DNA from: a virus
Taxonomy: Duplodnaviria; Caudoviricetes
Reading direction: 5' to 3' (one strand)
Virus record (IMG/VR): IMGVR_UViG_3300044724_002573
Span: 1-26,641 of that record
Length of the DNA: 26,641 nucleotides
Shown: piece by piece, positions 7,876-15,850 of the stretch
Layout of the letters: each line of letters opens with the position of its first letter
How positions within the stretch are numbered: position 1 is the stretch's first letter
Notes under the pieces: generated by a model
The model's input: the letters and a program-made list of their open reading frames with translations, nothing else
Databases searched by the model: none
What the model was told of the DNA's origin: nothing
Made by a program: the position numbers and the translations under genes

Positions 7876-8216
7876 TTAAAACACTCCACAAGACCATCTA
7901 GATAGAACTGAGCCTTCCTAAGATCCTCCTCACGCTTACCTTTGTAAGGACTTCTCATTAGATACTTCATGACATTCCCCATGAGATATCCTCGATACAT
8001 CTCATTGGTTGGACCTCCAAGCTTGGCCTCGATAACAGCAAGTGCTTCAATCCCACCTACCATATAGTGATCAGGATGATTCACCATATCGCTCTCATTA
8101 TCTTCGTAATCAGGTTCTCTGAAACCTTCGTGTGATCTAACCTTGGCAGTCATGTGATCGTAGTTAGCATTGGCCCTCATGGCCTCATTGTCATAGACAT
8201 CATAGTAATTGTTCAT
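7872..8216 (-). CDS. DUF3310 (SaV-like) domain protein
   Basis: VNHPDHY..GGIEA...GNVMKYLMR..YKG..EDLRKAQFYL. Confidence 0.85.
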   Translation of the reverse strand: MNNYYDVYDNEAMRANANYDHMTAKVRSHEGFREPDYEDNESDMVNHPDHYMVGGIEALAVIEAKLGGPTNEMYRGYLMGNVMKYLMRSPYKGKREEDLRKAQFYLDGLVECFK

Positions 8217-8601
8217 GTTGTACTCCGCAGTTTGATAGTAGACAAAGCCCGTCAATATTTCTATACTGACTTCGATAAATTACACGATTGATCCCTGCCT
8301 GCACGATAAGTCTAGCGCAGCGAATACAAGGAGAAAGAGTGAGGTAAAGAGTAGCACCTTTGCAAGATTGGGAGGAGCGAGCGACTTTAAGTATTGCATT
8401 CTCTTCTGCATGGACAACTTCATCCTTTGTTTTACCATCTAGACATTCACAAACATTGGGCCTACCATAGCATGTGCCATTGTATCCCTCTGCGATGACG
8501 CTGTTATCTTTTACAATAACAGCACCAACCTTATTTCTCTTGCAATAGGATCTTTTAGCTACTACCTCAGCTATTTGCAGATAACTCTCGTCGTGCTTCA
8601 T
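8200..8601 (-). CDS. dCMP deaminase
   Basis: Motifs RSYCKRNKVGAVIV, GYNG, HAEENAI and LSPCIRC. Confidence 0.9.
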   Translation of the reverse strand: MKHDESYLQIAEVVAKRSYCKRNKVGAVIVKDNSVIAEGYNGTCYGRPNVCECLDGKTKDEVVHAEENAILKVARSSQSCKGATLYLTLSPCIRCARLIVQAGINRVIYRSQYRNIDGLCLLSNCGVQHEQLL

Positions 8602-9088
8602 TGTATTCCTCATAATCAAACCACATGGGCTTGGTGCTAGGGTTCCAAGTCCAAGTAGCGAACTTGCGCTTCTCTTGGCAGTAGAACCTACGATACGCCT
8701 CTACACAATCAGGACCTTTGAGGTAGTCAGGCATACATTGAGGAGGGTCCTCCCAGCCAGCGTGAGGGAGAGGAGGGCTGTAACACAGGATGTGGCCTAG
8801 TTTGGTCCACGATGCGTGGTCCTTGCCTCGACGCTCACGGAACTGGTTGTTGAGTTCACGCCACAGTTCGTAGAGCCAAGCGTAGTGGTCGATGGATGCA
8901 CGGGTCCAGATGGTGCTGGGATGGTTGAGGTGTGCGATCTTGTAGCATTGATCGGCATACGGGCTGTCAGTCACACGATGAGCCGTGGACATAAGCTGTG
9001 CATACTCGATGATCATCTTGCTACAATGTTGATCACAATGCCACTCAGCGCAAACACGCGGGTTTTTTGCAAGGAAGAAGATGTTCAT
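8567..9088 (-). CDS. pyrimidine-dimer DNA glycosylase / endonuclease V-like protein
   Basis: MNIFFL...HCDQH..KMIIEYAQLMSTAHR, HLNHPSTIW and PQCMP, as in the DenV-related phage family. Confidence 0.8.
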   Translation of the reverse strand: MNIFFLAKNPRVCAEWHCDQHCSKMIIEYAQLMSTAHRVTDSPYADQCYKIAHLNHPSTIWTRASIDHYAWLYELWRELNNQFRERRGKDHASWTKLGHILCYSPPLPHAGWEDPPQCMPDYLKGPDCVEAYRRFYCQEKRKFATWTWNPSTKPMWFDYEEYNEARRELSANS

Positions 9089-9094
9089 GGGTAT

Positions 9095-9122
9095 ATAGTA
9101 GCAGGTGATTTAACCATGTCAA
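9095..9122 (-). promoter_or_regulatory. sigma70-like promoter TTGACA-16-TACTAT
   Basis: -35 at 9117-9122 and -10 at 9095-9100, with the ATG 6 nt downstream. Confidence 0.75.
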
Positions 9123-9616
9123 GGATAGACGAACTAAAATGTTGGCCTGGGTACAGAAGAGTTAGGGGCAAGGTCCCTGGCTCCAAAGGTTCATGCAAGC
9201 GAATGGGCGAGAGCATCTATGATAGAATAGGTGACCTGTTAGTAGAAGACCTACGCAAGTGGGTAAAAGAAAGATGGGTAGACATTGGCGCACCTAAGAA
9301 AGGTGGAGGATTTAAGCCTTGTGGTAGATCCAAGGGTGAGAAGCGTAAAGGATATCCCAAGTGTGTTCCTGCTGCTAAAGCTTCTCGCATGAGTAAGGGT
9401 CAGCGTAAGTCTGCTGTCAAAAGAAAACGAGCCGCTGGTAACCCTGGCGGTAAACCTACCATGGTTTCAACCTTTAAAGAAAGTATTCTCGCTTCCATAG
9501 CCACAGGAGCAGCAACGGATTTGTCCAAGGCAGCAGGGTCATACCTTGCTAACAAACTCATTAAGAAATTTAAGAAAAAACCTACAAAAACTACAGACAA
9601 TGAAACGCAGAGATAA
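9116..9616 (+). CDS. basic modular phage protein (CWPGY and LRKW..E.WVDI..CGRS..YPKCVP modules)
   Basis: Start reassigned to ATG 9116 with an AGGTG SD. The modules recur in phage hypothetical proteins. Confidence 0.75.
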   Translation: MSRIDELKCWPGYRRVRGKVPGSKGSCKRMGESIYDRIGDLLVEDLRKWVKERWVDIGAPKKGGGFKPCGRSKGEKRKGYPKCVPAAKASRMSKGQRKSAVKRKRAAGNPGGKPTMVSTFKESILASIATGAATDLSKAAGSYLANKLIKKFKKKPTKTTDNETQR

Positions 9617-10148
9617 AAAAAGTTTGCCATTTGCTGTCTGCACAAAGAATGTAGGCAGGAAGAACAAATCTAAATATGAAAGGTGCGTTATGAAAGTAAA
9701 AGCAAGTGTTAACGAAGGTAAGTTATGCCCCAAGGGCAAAGCAGCAGCAAAGAGAAAATTTAGTGTTTATCCCTCTGCCTATGCTAACATGTATGCCTCT
9801 GCCGTTTGTAGTGGCAAGGTCAAGCCAGGAGGCAAGAAAAACGAAGCTTACGAGCGTCTCGGCTCATTGTTAATGGAGAAATCCCCTGCTTGGCAAAGAA
9901 GTGAAGGAAAGAACCCTGAGGGTGGATTAAATGCTAAGGGCGTTGCTTCCTATCGTGCTGCTAACCCAGGTTCAAAGCTTAAAACTGCTGTGACAACCAA
10001 GCCCAGCAAGTTAAAGAAGGGTAGCAAGGCAGCCAAGCGTAGAAAGTCCTTCTGTGCTAGAATGAAAGGGATGCGTAAGCGTCAGAAGTCCAGCAACAAC
10101 ACAGGTAAGGATCGTCTATCTCTTTCCTTAAAGAAGTGGAACTGCTGA
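9600..10148 (+). CDS. basic modular phage protein with a DUF6321-like C-terminal domain
   Basis: AWQRSEGKNPEGGLN...RRKSFCARM...KWNC, plus a YPSAYAN module. Confidence 0.75.
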   Translation: MKRRDKKSLPFAVCTKNVGRKNKSKYERCVMKVKASVNEGKLCPKGKAAAKRKFSVYPSAYANMYASAVCSGKVKPGGKKNEAYERLGSLLMEKSPAWQRSEGKNPEGGLNAKGVASYRAANPGSKLKTAVTTKPSKLKKGSKAAKRRKSFCARMKGMRKRQKSSNNTGKDRLSLSLKKWNC

Positions 10149-10206
10149 TCTGAAATTTGACTTTTCCACAATGTCATGGGGTATATACTTATGAGGTATA
10201 TGCCCC

Positions 10207-10647
10207 ATGTCTACTTTAAGTGAAAATACCGAACTTACGCTACCTTTGCGTAATATCATAGCTTTGCTAGTTGCTACCGCTGCTGCTGTGATGTCTTACT
10301 TTCAGATCAATGAGCGTCTGAATAAGTTGGAAAATAACCAAACTATTACATCTATGGATGTGGATAAAAATACGGAATTCCGTATTCGCTGGCCCAGAGG
10401 AGAGATTGGATCTCTACCTGCTGATGCCGAACAGTTTATGTTGATAAAGAACCTATCCGAAGAGATAGACAAGATTCAATCTATGATCGAGACAGGACAA
10501 GCTCCTCACGATCAGCAACAAGAACTCACCTTAAACTTTTATCGTGAGCGTATTGCAGAGTTAGAATCTGCTGTAAATGTATTAAAGGACCGTCAGGTCG
10601 AACTTGTTCATTCGATAAAAAGTGGTGTGAACATTACTGATAGATAG
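10207..10647 (+). CDS. membrane-anchored coiled-coil protein
   Basis: One N-terminal TM helix and a heptad-rich remainder. Confidence 0.75.
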   Translation: MSTLSENTELTLPLRNIIALLVATAAAVMSYFQINERLNKLENNQTITSMDVDKNTEFRIRWPRGEIGSLPADAEQFMLIKNLSEEIDKIQSMIETGQAPHDQQQELTLNFYRERIAELESAVNVLKDRQVELVHSIKSGVNITDR

Positions 10648-10670
10648 TATATAAAATAGAGGTGCCTACC

Positions 10671-11054
10671 ATGCCTACTAGAAATGATGAGAAATATATT
10701 GATGTCGAATCCGCTGTCCGACTTAAGGAAGCAGAGGGAAAAATTGAGATCCAGCGTTATGAGCTTGAGACAGCCGCCAAGTTCAGGGAGCTTGAGATTA
10801 CAGAGAGTGCTAAAGAGGTTGCGTCCAAGCACCTTGCCAAGTGGGCTGGACTGTATCTTACTTTCCTCGTTTCTCTTTTTATCTTTTCTATTGAGTTCGT
10901 TCCTAGCGAGAGTTTGGCTGTAGTCGCAGGACTCATCACTCTTGTGGTCACTAACCTATCCACCATTCTCAAGCACATTGTAGAGAATGGTAAGAGAGAT
11001 AAAGAAGAAGAGGAGCCAAAAGCTCCTCTTCCAAAACCTCCTGTTAAGAAGTGA
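10671..11054 (+). CDS. two-TM membrane protein (holin-like topology)
   Basis: Two hydrophobic segments, a charged C-terminal tail and a GAGGTG SD. Confidence 0.65.
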   Translation: MPTRNDEKYIDVESAVRLKEAEGKIEIQRYELETAAKFRELEITESAKEVASKHLAKWAGLYLTFLVSLFIFSIEFVPSESLAVVAGLITLVVTNLSTILKHIVENGKRDKEEEEPKAPLPKPPVKK

Positions 11055-11870
11055 TCACCATTGAGGCCAGTTGTCCCAAGTATTGATGGGCCAAGGACCT
11101 CCTGTTAGTGGAACTCCATCATCCATCACATTCCAGTTGATTTGGATGGTGGGTGCAGTATCAATGGATGCTAGACCGTAGCGGTAATCATAACCAAAGG
11201 TATTAGCATTCATACGAATACGATACGGGTCAGGAGTGGTGATAGTAGGATGGTCTTTATTCTTGATATAGACCGTGTAGCTACCACCTTCAAAGTGATT
11301 GCCCCAGATATAAATATCGTGTAGAGGAGCGTGGTGTGCTTGCAGGATGAGGCAAGCATTACTAAGATACCCGTTGGCGTCAGCAAAGCTAACGGGGATA
11401 TCGAAGTGGTTGCCGATGATAAATACATGGCTACCACCTGTCATTTGGAGTGCATCAGCGTGAGCGCCTTCTTGTAGACCGATGCGGGCAACATAGTTGT
11501 TTCGGATCATACAATGGCCTCCCGTAGCCACCTTGATACCATCCTTACCTGTCTCCTGAATATCACAGCCGATGACAGTAGCGTGCTGGACATATACGCC
11601 AGTAGTACCGCCACGAACAGTGCAGTTTTCTAGACGGAAGTTGGTAGCAATAGGGTTACCAGCATCATCGTTGTAAACATTCGTTACTGCATACCAGTTA
11701 GGGTCAAAAGGCCCTGTTTCAAATGTGCAGTTGCGAAGGGTTACATTGTGTGCCTTCACCTGAACCATGCCATAAAAGGTCTGGTTTTCAATGAATGTGC
11801 CATCAGTAGTGATGACATCTGCCTGCGTAACAGGCGCGAGTAGCATTAGTGCTGCGAGAAATTTCTTCAT
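11055..11870 (-). CDS. secreted right-handed parallel beta-helix (pectin lyase-like) protein
   Basis: Signal peptide, repeated (V/I)xxNxF/C coils and a HADALQ motif. Confidence 0.8.
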   Translation of the reverse strand: MKKFLAALMLLAPVTQADVITTDGTFIENQTFYGMVQVKAHNVTLRNCTFETGPFDPNWYAVTNVYNDDAGNPIATNFRLENCTVRGGTTGVYVQHATVIGCDIQETGKDGIKVATGGHCMIRNNYVARIGLQEGAHADALQMTGGSHVFIIGNHFDIPVSFADANGYLSNACLILQAHHAPLHDIYIWGNHFEGGSYTVYIKNKDHPTITTPDPYRIRMNANTFGYDYRYGLASIDTAPTIQINWNVMDDGVPLTGGPWPINTWDNWPQW

Positions 11871-11882
11871 GCACTATTATAG

Positions 11883-11959
11883 TGGTACACCCATCAGGAT
11901 TTGAACCTGAAACCTACAGATTAGAAGTCTGTTGCTCTATCCAATTGAGCTATGGGTGC
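11883..11959 (-). tRNA. tRNA-Arg(TCT)
   Basis: Cloverleaf with anticodon arm ACAGA-CTTCTAA-TCTGT, T-loop GTTCAAATC and encoded CCA. Confidence 0.95.
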
Positions 11960-11960
11960 G

Positions 11961-12035
<75 letters not shown>

Positions 12036-12041
12036 AGGTTG

Positions 12042-12200
12042 TCACTTGGATTCCCGAGCGATCATACCTGATAGTAGAAGGGTAGGAACCCAAAGTCCAA
12101 TGAAAATGCCTGCTGCGTGATCCTGCTGGAAGTAGGTAAGAACAGACAGGGGGATGCTGGCGTAACCAGCGAAATAACATAGTTTAGTAAGATTTTTCAT
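12042..12200 (-). CDS. 52-aa two-TM membrane protein (MKNLTKLCYFAGYASIPLSV...GIFIGLWVPTLLLSG...)
   Basis: Translated by hand. TATAAT lies 6 nt upstream of the ATG, and the ORF sits between tRNAs. Confidence 0.75.
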   Translation of the reverse strand: MKNLTKLCYFAGYASIPLSVLTYFQQDHAAGIFIGLWVPTLLLSGMIARESK

Positions 12201-12219
12201 AGTTCTATTATAGTGTGTA

Positions 12220-12306
12220 TGGTAGCTGAGACGGGACTCGAACCCGTAAGCCCTACTGGGCGTCAGATTTTAAGTCTGATGCGTATACCGATTCCGCCAC
12301 TCAGCC
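12220..12306 (-). tRNA. tRNA-Leu(TAA)
   Basis: Anticodon arm TCAGA-CTTAAAA-TCTGA, long variable arm and encoded CCA. Confidence 0.95.
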
Positions 12307-12663
12307 TCGATGATCGGTGTAGAAGATGTTCCTCACACCTGCTTCTCTCAATGCATTATAGCACGACTTACAGGGTTTTGCAAGACGATATCCCTTTCTA
12401 TAGATATAGACATCACATCCTGTCACATCGACACCATTAATCTCTGCTTTATAAAGAGCGTTAGTCTCTGCATGAAGATAACCCCAGGGGTTGCGACCCC
12501 ATTTAGGATGCGTCTTGTTATCATTTCTGCCTGTAGAAAGGACCTTCTTTCCTTTTACAAGCACGCATCCCAGTTTATACTTCGGGTGGTCTGATTTCTC
12601 GGCTTCACGCCGTGCAAGTTCGTAGTACCGCAAAAGCGGTCGAGGGGGATCAATAGTCTTCAT
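12301..12663 (-). CDS. zinc-dependent cytidine/dCMP deaminase-superfamily protein
   Basis: Motifs LGCVLV..GRN, HAE and AKPCKSC. Confidence 0.85.
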   Translation of the reverse strand: MKTIDPPRPLLRYYELARREAEKSDHPKYKLGCVLVKGKKVLSTGRNDNKTHPKWGRNPWGYLHAETNALYKAEINGVDVTGCDVYIYRKGYRLAKPCKSCYNALREAGVRNIFYTDHRG

Positions 12664-12670
12664 GGTTGTA

Positions 12671-12746
12671 TGGTCCTCCTGGGTGGAATCGAACCACCTA
12701 CCAATGCTTTATAAGAACACTGCTCTGACCAGTGAGCTACAGGAGG
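12671..12746 (-). tRNA. tRNA-Ile(TAT)
   Basis: Acceptor stem CCTCCTG/CAGGAGG, anticodon arm GTGTT-CTTATAA-AGCAT, T-loop GTTCGATTC and encoded CCA. Confidence 0.9.
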
Positions 12747-12837
12747 ATAGGTCTATTACAGTAGGAGCCGTGTTCTGACAGCCGTTGTTACCTCAGGCTG
12801 CTCCTACACCCCATTATAGAACGATGGGGGACCTATT

Positions 12838-13041
12838 TCAAAGACCTTGCCGTCTCTTTGCTATTACCCCTCTCAAACCTCTTGCCGTCTTAGGCATACG
12901 CTCTCTACGAGGCTTTCGTTCTTTGTTCACTTGAGAGGCGATAACAGACTCCATACCTTTTTTACGACCAGTCCCATCACCACCTGGGCGGCTACCAAAC
13001 TGGTTCTCAATAAGTAAATCAAGTATTCTATCGTACATCAT
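12838..13041 (-). CDS. small basic protein
   Basis: Starts MMYDRILDLLIE, with a GAGGTG SD and ATGA overlap. Confidence 0.7.
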   Translation of the reverse strand: MMYDRILDLLIENQFGSRPGGDGTGRKKGMESVIASQVNKERKPRRERMPKTARGLRGVIAKRRQGL

Positions 13042-13268
13042 CTCACCTCAGGAATTTCAATGGTAGGGTTAGCCATCTTAAGTTTTAAGGACCAGTTTTC
13101 CATCTCCGTGGAACTCCATTGGTCCTCTAACTTACCTTCAACCTTATCAAGTTGAACTTGTATATCACTTAGTTTTGAACTAAGCCAAAAGGTTCCTATT
13201 ACTAGGCTAATCGCAAAACTCATTGGCATGAGTGTATCTCTTGATAGGATTGTTGGTGTTCTATCCAT
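13038..13268 (-). CDS. small membrane-anchored coiled-coil protein
   Basis: One TM helix; start MDRTPT assumed. Confidence 0.65.
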   Translation of the reverse strand: MDRTPTILSRDTLMPMSFAISLVIGTFWLSSKLSDIQVQLDKVEGKLEDQWSSTEMENWSLKLKMANPTIEIPEVR

Positions 13269-13327
13269 GGTAAAAATGCTCGTCAAAGTTATTTACTATA
13301 GTATATACCCCTAAGCGATTTTATTAT

Positions 13328-13353
13328 AAAAAACCTGCCCCCGAAGGGGCAGG
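13328..13353 (-). terminator. rho-independent terminator
   Basis: CCTGCCCC-TTCG-GGGGCAGG followed by TTTTTT. Confidence 0.9.
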
Positions 13354-13417
13354 CGGCAGCGAAGTTCATCTCCAGCACGAAAGGCGTATTGCACACGCCC
13401 AAGGCGGCTAAAGGTGA

Positions 13418-13597
13418 TCAGTCTTGGTCCTTTTTCTTACGAATGCTGCGCTTTTTACGAGTTGTCTTCTCTTGATACTCTAGTTCTGCTGCATCCTCTT
13501 CTTCCTCTACAACTTCTTGTAGAGGAGCGGGTGCAGGTTGTACACCTTTTCTAGCGGCTTTACGCTCTCTCATCCTCTGTGCTAAGTTCTTCTTCAT
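13418..13597 (-). CDS. 59-aa charged protein (MKKNLAQRMRERKAARKG...)
   Basis: Translated by hand. ATGA overlap with the Clp ATPase stop. Confidence 0.65.
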   Translation of the reverse strand: MKKNLAQRMRERKAARKGVQPAPAPLQEVVEEEEDAAELEYQEKTTRKKRSIRKKKDQD

Positions 13598-14964
13598 ATT
13601 ACTAACTTATTGTTTTTCACTTTTACATCGTAAAGCTTACCAGTCTTAGGCTGCTCTCCACTCAGTATACTGTCAGCTAGGAGAGACTTAACCTCACGGG
13701 TGATAAACTTTGCAATGAAACGGGCTCCGTATTGTTCCGAAGTACCGTTCTCAATTATATAGTTAAGAAGTGCCTTGGTTTTACGAACTGGTAGGTTTTT
13801 TATCTCAAGTTTTGCTACCTTGAGCAAGTCCTCCTTGCTAAGATAGTTAAAGTGTACCATCTCATCAACCCTACCAATAAACTCAGGGCTGAACTTCTTC
13901 TTCACAGACTTCTTTATAGCCTCCTTAGAACCCTCGTAGGTGATTGTTTCCTTCCCGAAGCCCAAGGTACTCTCTCCAATGTTTGCGTCCTTTATACCTT
14001 CGTTAGAGGTCATTAGAATGATGCTTTCGGAGAAGTCTAGCTCCTGCCCATTAGATGCCATAACCTTGCCATCATCCATAAGGGCAAGCATGAAGTCGAA
14101 TAGTTTAGGTGATGCCTTCTCAATCTCATCAAAGAGAAGCACCCACTTGTTGCTCTTCTCTGCTTTTACTTGTAGGATAGATTTCTCTGTGCTACCAACA
14201 TAGCCAGGAGGAGATCCAATAAGTTTAGCGTATTCGTGCTGCTGTGCGTATTCAGAACAGTTGATCTTAAAGAAATTACCTGAGTAGTGATCTCCTAGGA
14301 CCTTAGCCAGTTTGGTCTTACCAACGCCTGTAGGCCCAATGAACATCAGGGAGACATTCTGGGCGAGTTCAGCTACCATGAGCTTCACATAGCGTACTAC
14401 GCTGTCAATGGCCTCATCCTGGCCTATAACCTCTTTGCGTAGCTCTGCCTCTAGCTTGTGAATATCAGCAAGGGTTTTAAGAGAGCGTTCTTCACCCTTT
14501 GGCTGATCGTCAACGAGTTTACTTCCTGTCCTACGCCTAGTTCTTTTCTTAGGCGCTTTTTCATCAGTTTTATCATATAGTTCTTCTAAGAACGAGTTAA
14601 GAAAACCTTTGAGAGTCTCTTGGTTTAGAGATTGCACAATGTTTTCCAGTTGCAGGTTAGGATACACCTGACAAACTGACATATAAATGCTTTCGATAAT
14701 GCCTGCATAGACCTGATCGAAATCCTCTTCATAGGCTTCTTTAATAGTCTGCTCACACTTTGCAAGCAACTTATTGCCTTCGACAACAAAATCGTTAATA
14801 ACCTTGATCTCGTAATCCAGAAGATCTATTGATGTAGACTTCTTGATCATCTTATAGACATCTTGCCTATACTTCTCAAGACTATTGGTATCTAACGCAC
14901 GAACAGAGATAATCTCGTTGATTGCGTCACAGAATACTTTAAAAGTGTTGCCGTCTTTGGACAT
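13594..14964 (-). CDS. ClpA/ClpB-family AAA+ ATPase with a single (D2-like) module
   Basis: Motifs VIGQDEA, GPTGVGKT, LIGSPPGYVG, LLFDEIEKA, PEFIGRVD and YGAR. Confidence 0.9.
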   Translation of the reverse strand: MSKDGNTFKVFCDAINEIISVRALDTNSLEKYRQDVYKMIKKSTSIDLLDYEIKVINDFVVEGNKLLAKCEQTIKEAYEEDFDQVYAGIIESIYMSVCQVYPNLQLENIVQSLNQETLKGFLNSFLEELYDKTDEKAPKKRTRRRTGSKLVDDQPKGEERSLKTLADIHKLEAELRKEVIGQDEAIDSVVRYVKLMVAELAQNVSLMFIGPTGVGKTKLAKVLGDHYSGNFFKINCSEYAQQHEYAKLIGSPPGYVGSTEKSILQVKAEKSNKWVLLFDEIEKASPKLFDFMLALMDDGKVMASNGQELDFSESIILMTSNEGIKDANIGESTLGFGKETITYEGSKEAIKKSVKKKFSPEFIGRVDEMVHFNYLSKEDLLKVAKLEIKNLPVRKTKALLNYIIENGTSEQYGARFIAKFITREVKSLLADSILSGEQPKTGKLYDVKVKNNKLVI

Positions 14965-14969
14965 ATTAA

Positions 14970-15314
14970 TTACTCGCTTAGATCCTTCCATGAAGGGGGT
15001 GCCTCGTCCTTCATAGTAGTAGTGCTTTTGCTCTTGCTGAGTTTTTCTTCTGCTTTGATAAAGGTATCTAAACCTTTAATCGCCGTATTCTGGGCAGATT
15101 GCATAAGCTTTAAGCACTCGATCATACATTTGCGAGCGTCCATGTCTCTGATATCATCAGAGTGCGCTGAGTTGTCTACAATGTCCTTGAAGAACTCATA
15201 CGCTTGTTTGGCTAGGTTTCTGTCCTCTCTAGCCTGCTTGAGCATATCAGCACAAGCCTTCTTTAATCTCTCAGGAGATAAATGATCTGTCTTGGGAATA
15301 TATACTTTCGCCAT
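14970..15314 (-). CDS. hypothetical helical protein
   Basis: ORF tiles the operon. Confidence 0.7.
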   Translation of the reverse strand: MAKVYIPKTDHLSPERLKKACADMLKQAREDRNLAKQAYEFFKDIVDNSAHSDDIRDMDARKCMIECLKLMQSAQNTAIKGLDTFIKAEEKLSKSKSTTTMKDEAPPSWKDLSE

Positions 15315-15549
15315 CGCGTTCCTTCTCCGTTCTAATAGTTATATAGTCACTAATGAACGCTTGATAACCTTCTAAATCATAGATCTTCCAGACATCTGGG
15401 CTTGATTTGTAAGGTTCAGGAACCATAGATTGCTGCCATTCCATCCAATCCAGGAACTTTTCAGCGTCCTGCATCATGATGGAGTTTGGCAGAGATAGAT
15501 CGAAATAGTTGGGGTCAGTATCGTATGCAATCGGAATGGAGTCACTCAT
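15271..15549 (-). CDS. hypothetical protein
   Basis: ORF tiles the operon. Confidence 0.65.
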   Translation of the reverse strand: MSDSIPIAYDTDPNYFDLSLPNSIMMQDAEKFLDWMEWQQSMVPEPYKSSPDVWKIYDLEGYQAFISDYITIRTEKERDGESIYSQDRSFIS

Positions 15550-15826
15550 TTATATAAAATCCCTTGCTCTTGAGAGTATCCATGACAACGCCTTCCTTTG
15601 GGAAAGTAAAGAGAGCCTCACCAGACTCATGGTCCCATCGGAGCGTTGCCACGGTATTATCTTCTTCGTATAGGTCGTTAATCGCATTGTACATGGACCA
15701 CATTTGGACATAAGTATTAAGAGCGGCCTTGGTCTTATCGTCTGTGGCACGGTTCAGGAAGAACCTCAGTTGATCATCGTAGATGTAGTTCTTGTCGCCA
15801 ATCTTAATTTTAGTGCGGGTCATCAT
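15542..15826 (-). CDS. hypothetical protein
   Basis: AGGAGGTG SD upstream. Confidence 0.75.
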   Translation of the reverse strand: MMTRTKIKIGDKNYIYDDQLRFFLNRATDDKTKAALNTYVQMWSMYNAINDLYEEDNTVATLRWDHESGEALFTFPKEGVVMDTLKSKGFYINE

Positions 15827-15850
15827 GTGACACCTCCTATACTATGTAGG

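Noticed and set aside
8816-9115. N-terminal extension of the 8816..9616 ORF
   Set aside because: It overlaps the DenV-like gene on the opposite strand. SD and promoter evidence support ATG 9116.
11883-11959. Amber suppressor tRNA (CTA) and alternative genetic code
   Set aside because: The 7-nt loop CTTCTAA centres on TCT (Arg). Genes tile densely under the standard code, and TAG ends genes at 10647 and 17429.
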